Below are positions 61,848 through 64,000 of a DNA stretch of 64,000 nt, piece by piece. The translations under genes and the position numbers were made by a program. Position 1 is the first letter of the stretch. Every line of letters starts with the position of its first letter. The stretch comes from an uncultured Alphaproteobacteria bacterium (GTDB taxonomy: Bacteria; Pseudomonadota; Alphaproteobacteria; Caulobacterales; Caulobacteraceae), in assembly GCA_963828365.1 (NCBI GenBank), contig CAWHEE010000031.1:4820-68819 (forward strand), written 5' to 3'. Under the pieces are notes generated by a model. The model was not told the origin of the DNA and did not search any database. It saw only the letters and a list, made by a program, of their open reading frames with translations.

Positions 61848-63660
61848 GTGGAAGCCGGTATTCACGAAAAAAAAATTGAAGGTGCTCCTCAATTCGTAAG
61901 TTATTTTGCGCCCCTCATAGAGATTTTGCGAGATCTCGGTGGTCAAGCCCGGCCGCGTCAGATCTATGATGAAATCATAAAACGGTATAGTGTACCAGAT
62001 GATTTCCTGAAACAGACAAACACTAACGGCCGGCCGAAATTTGAAAACCGGGTAGCATGGGCTCGTTTTTATTTGGCGAAAGTAGGTCTGATGAGTTCCC
62101 CCAAACGCGGCGTATGGGGTCTGACTGAGCAGGGATTAAGAGCAAATATCACTGCGGCTGCCGCTGCCGAGTTGTTTCGTGATGCAAACGCTACGTTCAA
62201 GGAAGACGAGGATCAAGAGCCGCCACCTACCGACGACAGTTCCCCCAAAGTGGTGAGCTATTGGTTTGTTGGCGCCATGTGGGACGAGGGTGATCAAACA
62301 GAACGATTCCCTGCGTGATGGTGTCTGGCAGAACGGCTACGAAGACAAATTTTCCGAACTTGTGCGACAGATGGAGCCCGGCGATCGGATTGCGATCAAA
62401 TCTGCATTTGTACGCAAGTTCGGTTTGCCATTTGAAAACTTCGTTCGTCCGGTGAGTGCCATGAGGATCAAGGCGATCGGCACGGTTACAGCGAATTGTC
62501 GTGATGGATTGACCGTCGAAGTAAATTGGCGAGAGCTTGATCCTCCCAGGGAATGGTACTTATACACATACCGCACTACAGTGGTCCGCGCCCGTTACGA
62601 AGATGACGATATGGCCCGCCAGTTAGTTGCATTTACCTTCGAAGGTGCTGATCAGGACTATGCGCAATTTCTTTCCCATCCCCATTGGGCTGACCAATTC
62701 GCTAAGGTTGTAGAGCCCTTGAGCGAGATCGAAGCTGCCGAGGTCGTCGACTTCGATTTTGAGGGCGATTTAGATACCTGTGGGATCGACGACATCATAG
62801 CAGAGGGGGGATTTCTATCGACGGAAATGCTTGCCGGCTTAATTTACACTCTTTCGACCAAAAAGAATCTCGTCCTTCAAGGGGCACCGGGAACCGGCAA
62901 GACCTGGCTTGCAAAGCGTTTGGCTCGCGCCCTTATGGGGAGGAAAACTCCTGGCGCTGATCAGCTTCGCTCCGTGCAATTCCACCCATCGCTTAGCTAT
63001 GAGGACTTCGTCCGGGGCTATCGTCCGGGATTAGATGGACTGACCCTGACGGATGAAGTCTTCCTGCAAGCGGTGGAGGCTGCAAGGGTTCAGCCGGATA
63101 TTCCCCATGTTTTAGTTATAGAAGAAATAAATAGGGGTAATCCCGCCCAGATATTCGGCGAGATGCTTACATTGTTAGAAAACACCAAGCGATCTCGTTA
63201 CGAAGCGCTCGAATTGTCCTATCGGAGGATGCCGGGAGAGAGAATACACATTCCCGATAATCTCTATATAATCGGGACTATGAATATTGCAGATCGATCC
63301 TTGGCGCTGGTCGACCTAGCCTTGCGGCGGCGCTTTGCTTTCGTGACCTTAGAGCCCACTTTGAACGATGCTTGGTCAGCTTGGTGTGAGGCTAGGGGCA
63401 TCGACGTTGAGACGGTGAGCGAGATCCGCTGCCGGATTCACGCATTGAACGACGCGATCGCCGATGATCGCACATTGGGGCATCAATTCCGCCTGGGTCA
63501 TTCATTTGTTACGCCGCCTGAAAGCACTAACATCTTGGATGGACGCGCATGGTTTCGCGATATTGTCAGAACTGAGATTGGTCCCCTACTAGAAGAATAT
63601 TGGTTCGATGCACCTGGCAGGGCCAAGGACGCGCAAGAGAGCCTCCTTTCGGGATTGTGA
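61848..63660 (+). CDS. mcrB: McrB-family GTPase with an N-terminal Mrr_N winged-helix domain (indel near 62310)
   Basis: KFENRVAWARFYLAKVGL...RGVWGLTE (Mrr_N); GAPGTGKT, QFHPSLSYEDFV, IEEINRGN, GTMNIADRS, ALRRRF. Confidence 0.9.
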
Positions 63661-64000
63661 TGCCTCAATCACGTTTAATCCCTTTGAGAAACGTATGGCT
63701 TCTCTTCCTGTATGCGGCCGACCTTGTTGAATTTCGGGCCAAATTCGAAGGAGAAATAGAGTCAGCTAGTGATTTACCTGAGCTTTTGGGTCGCCTCCTG
63801 TCGCATGTCGTAGAAGAGCGTTTGCGACGAAGTCTCAGCCGGGCTTACCGTCCACACTCAGCGGTCCTGTCGAGAGTTCGTGGCCGCATCGACGCATTAA
63901 AGACCGAATCCCGGCAGCTTTTGGGGCGCGGCCAAGTCGCGTGTCGGTTCGAATATTATACTGTGAATACCGCGCGCAATCGCTTGGTGCGAGCCGCGCT
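63660..64000 (+). CDS. mcrC: McrC-family nuclease subunit (runs off the window)
   Basis: ATG overlaps the mcrB stop; IPLRNVWLLFLYA, LSRVRGRID, TVNTARNRLVRAA. Confidence 0.85.
   Translation, partial: MPQSRLIPLRNVWLLFLYAADLVEFRAKFEGEIESASDLPELLGRLLSHVVEERLRRSLSRAYRPHSAVLSRVRGRIDALKTESRQLLGRGQVACRFEYYTVNTARNRLVRAA

Overview
High-GC alphaproteobacterial chromosome, most likely Caulobacteraceae (inferred from gene content, CIR-like repeats and promoter motifs). It carries many single-base indels, including in essential genes (ffh, rpsP, murI), so frameshifts are best read as long-read assembly errors. From left to right: (1) right end of an integrative element (DUF3489, DUF2924, large serine recombinase, array of TTCCCTG motifs) at the 3' end of tRNA-Ser(GGA); (2) housekeeping and metabolic genes (msrA, MFS transporters, SDRs, desaturase, quinone oxidoreductase, isoaspartyl peptidase, rlmN, ampG-like permease, acyl-CoA synthetase, soxBDAG); (3) a small accessory patch at 10.8-14.4 kb with gene remnants, DUF6880, an orphan IS-like end and two convergent antitoxin/PIN-toxin pairs, one bracketed by a 34-bp direct repeat; (4) two large Gly/Thr/Asn-rich repeat proteins that share a C-terminal domain; (5) a ~19 kb general-stress island (37.8-57.1 kb) with three HWE/HisKA_2 kinases (one LOV), two stand-alone receivers, dinB, xth, ligD, a KGG-like protein, fused glycan enzymes and a hemerythrin-hydrophilin fusion; (6) rimM-rpsP-ffh and murI; (7) the start of a lower-GC defence island (Mrr_N-fused McrB plus McrC). 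The best candidate for an undescribed system is in the stress island. Two Cys-rich Crp/Fnr paralogues (about 81% identical) each have a TGTCGG-N4-CCGACA-type palindrome at exactly the same distance upstream of their start codons, and two more copies lie beside sigmaT/EcfG-type promoters. This suggests a Crp-family regulon layered on the general stress response. All family assignments come from motif recognition by eye; no database searches were run.
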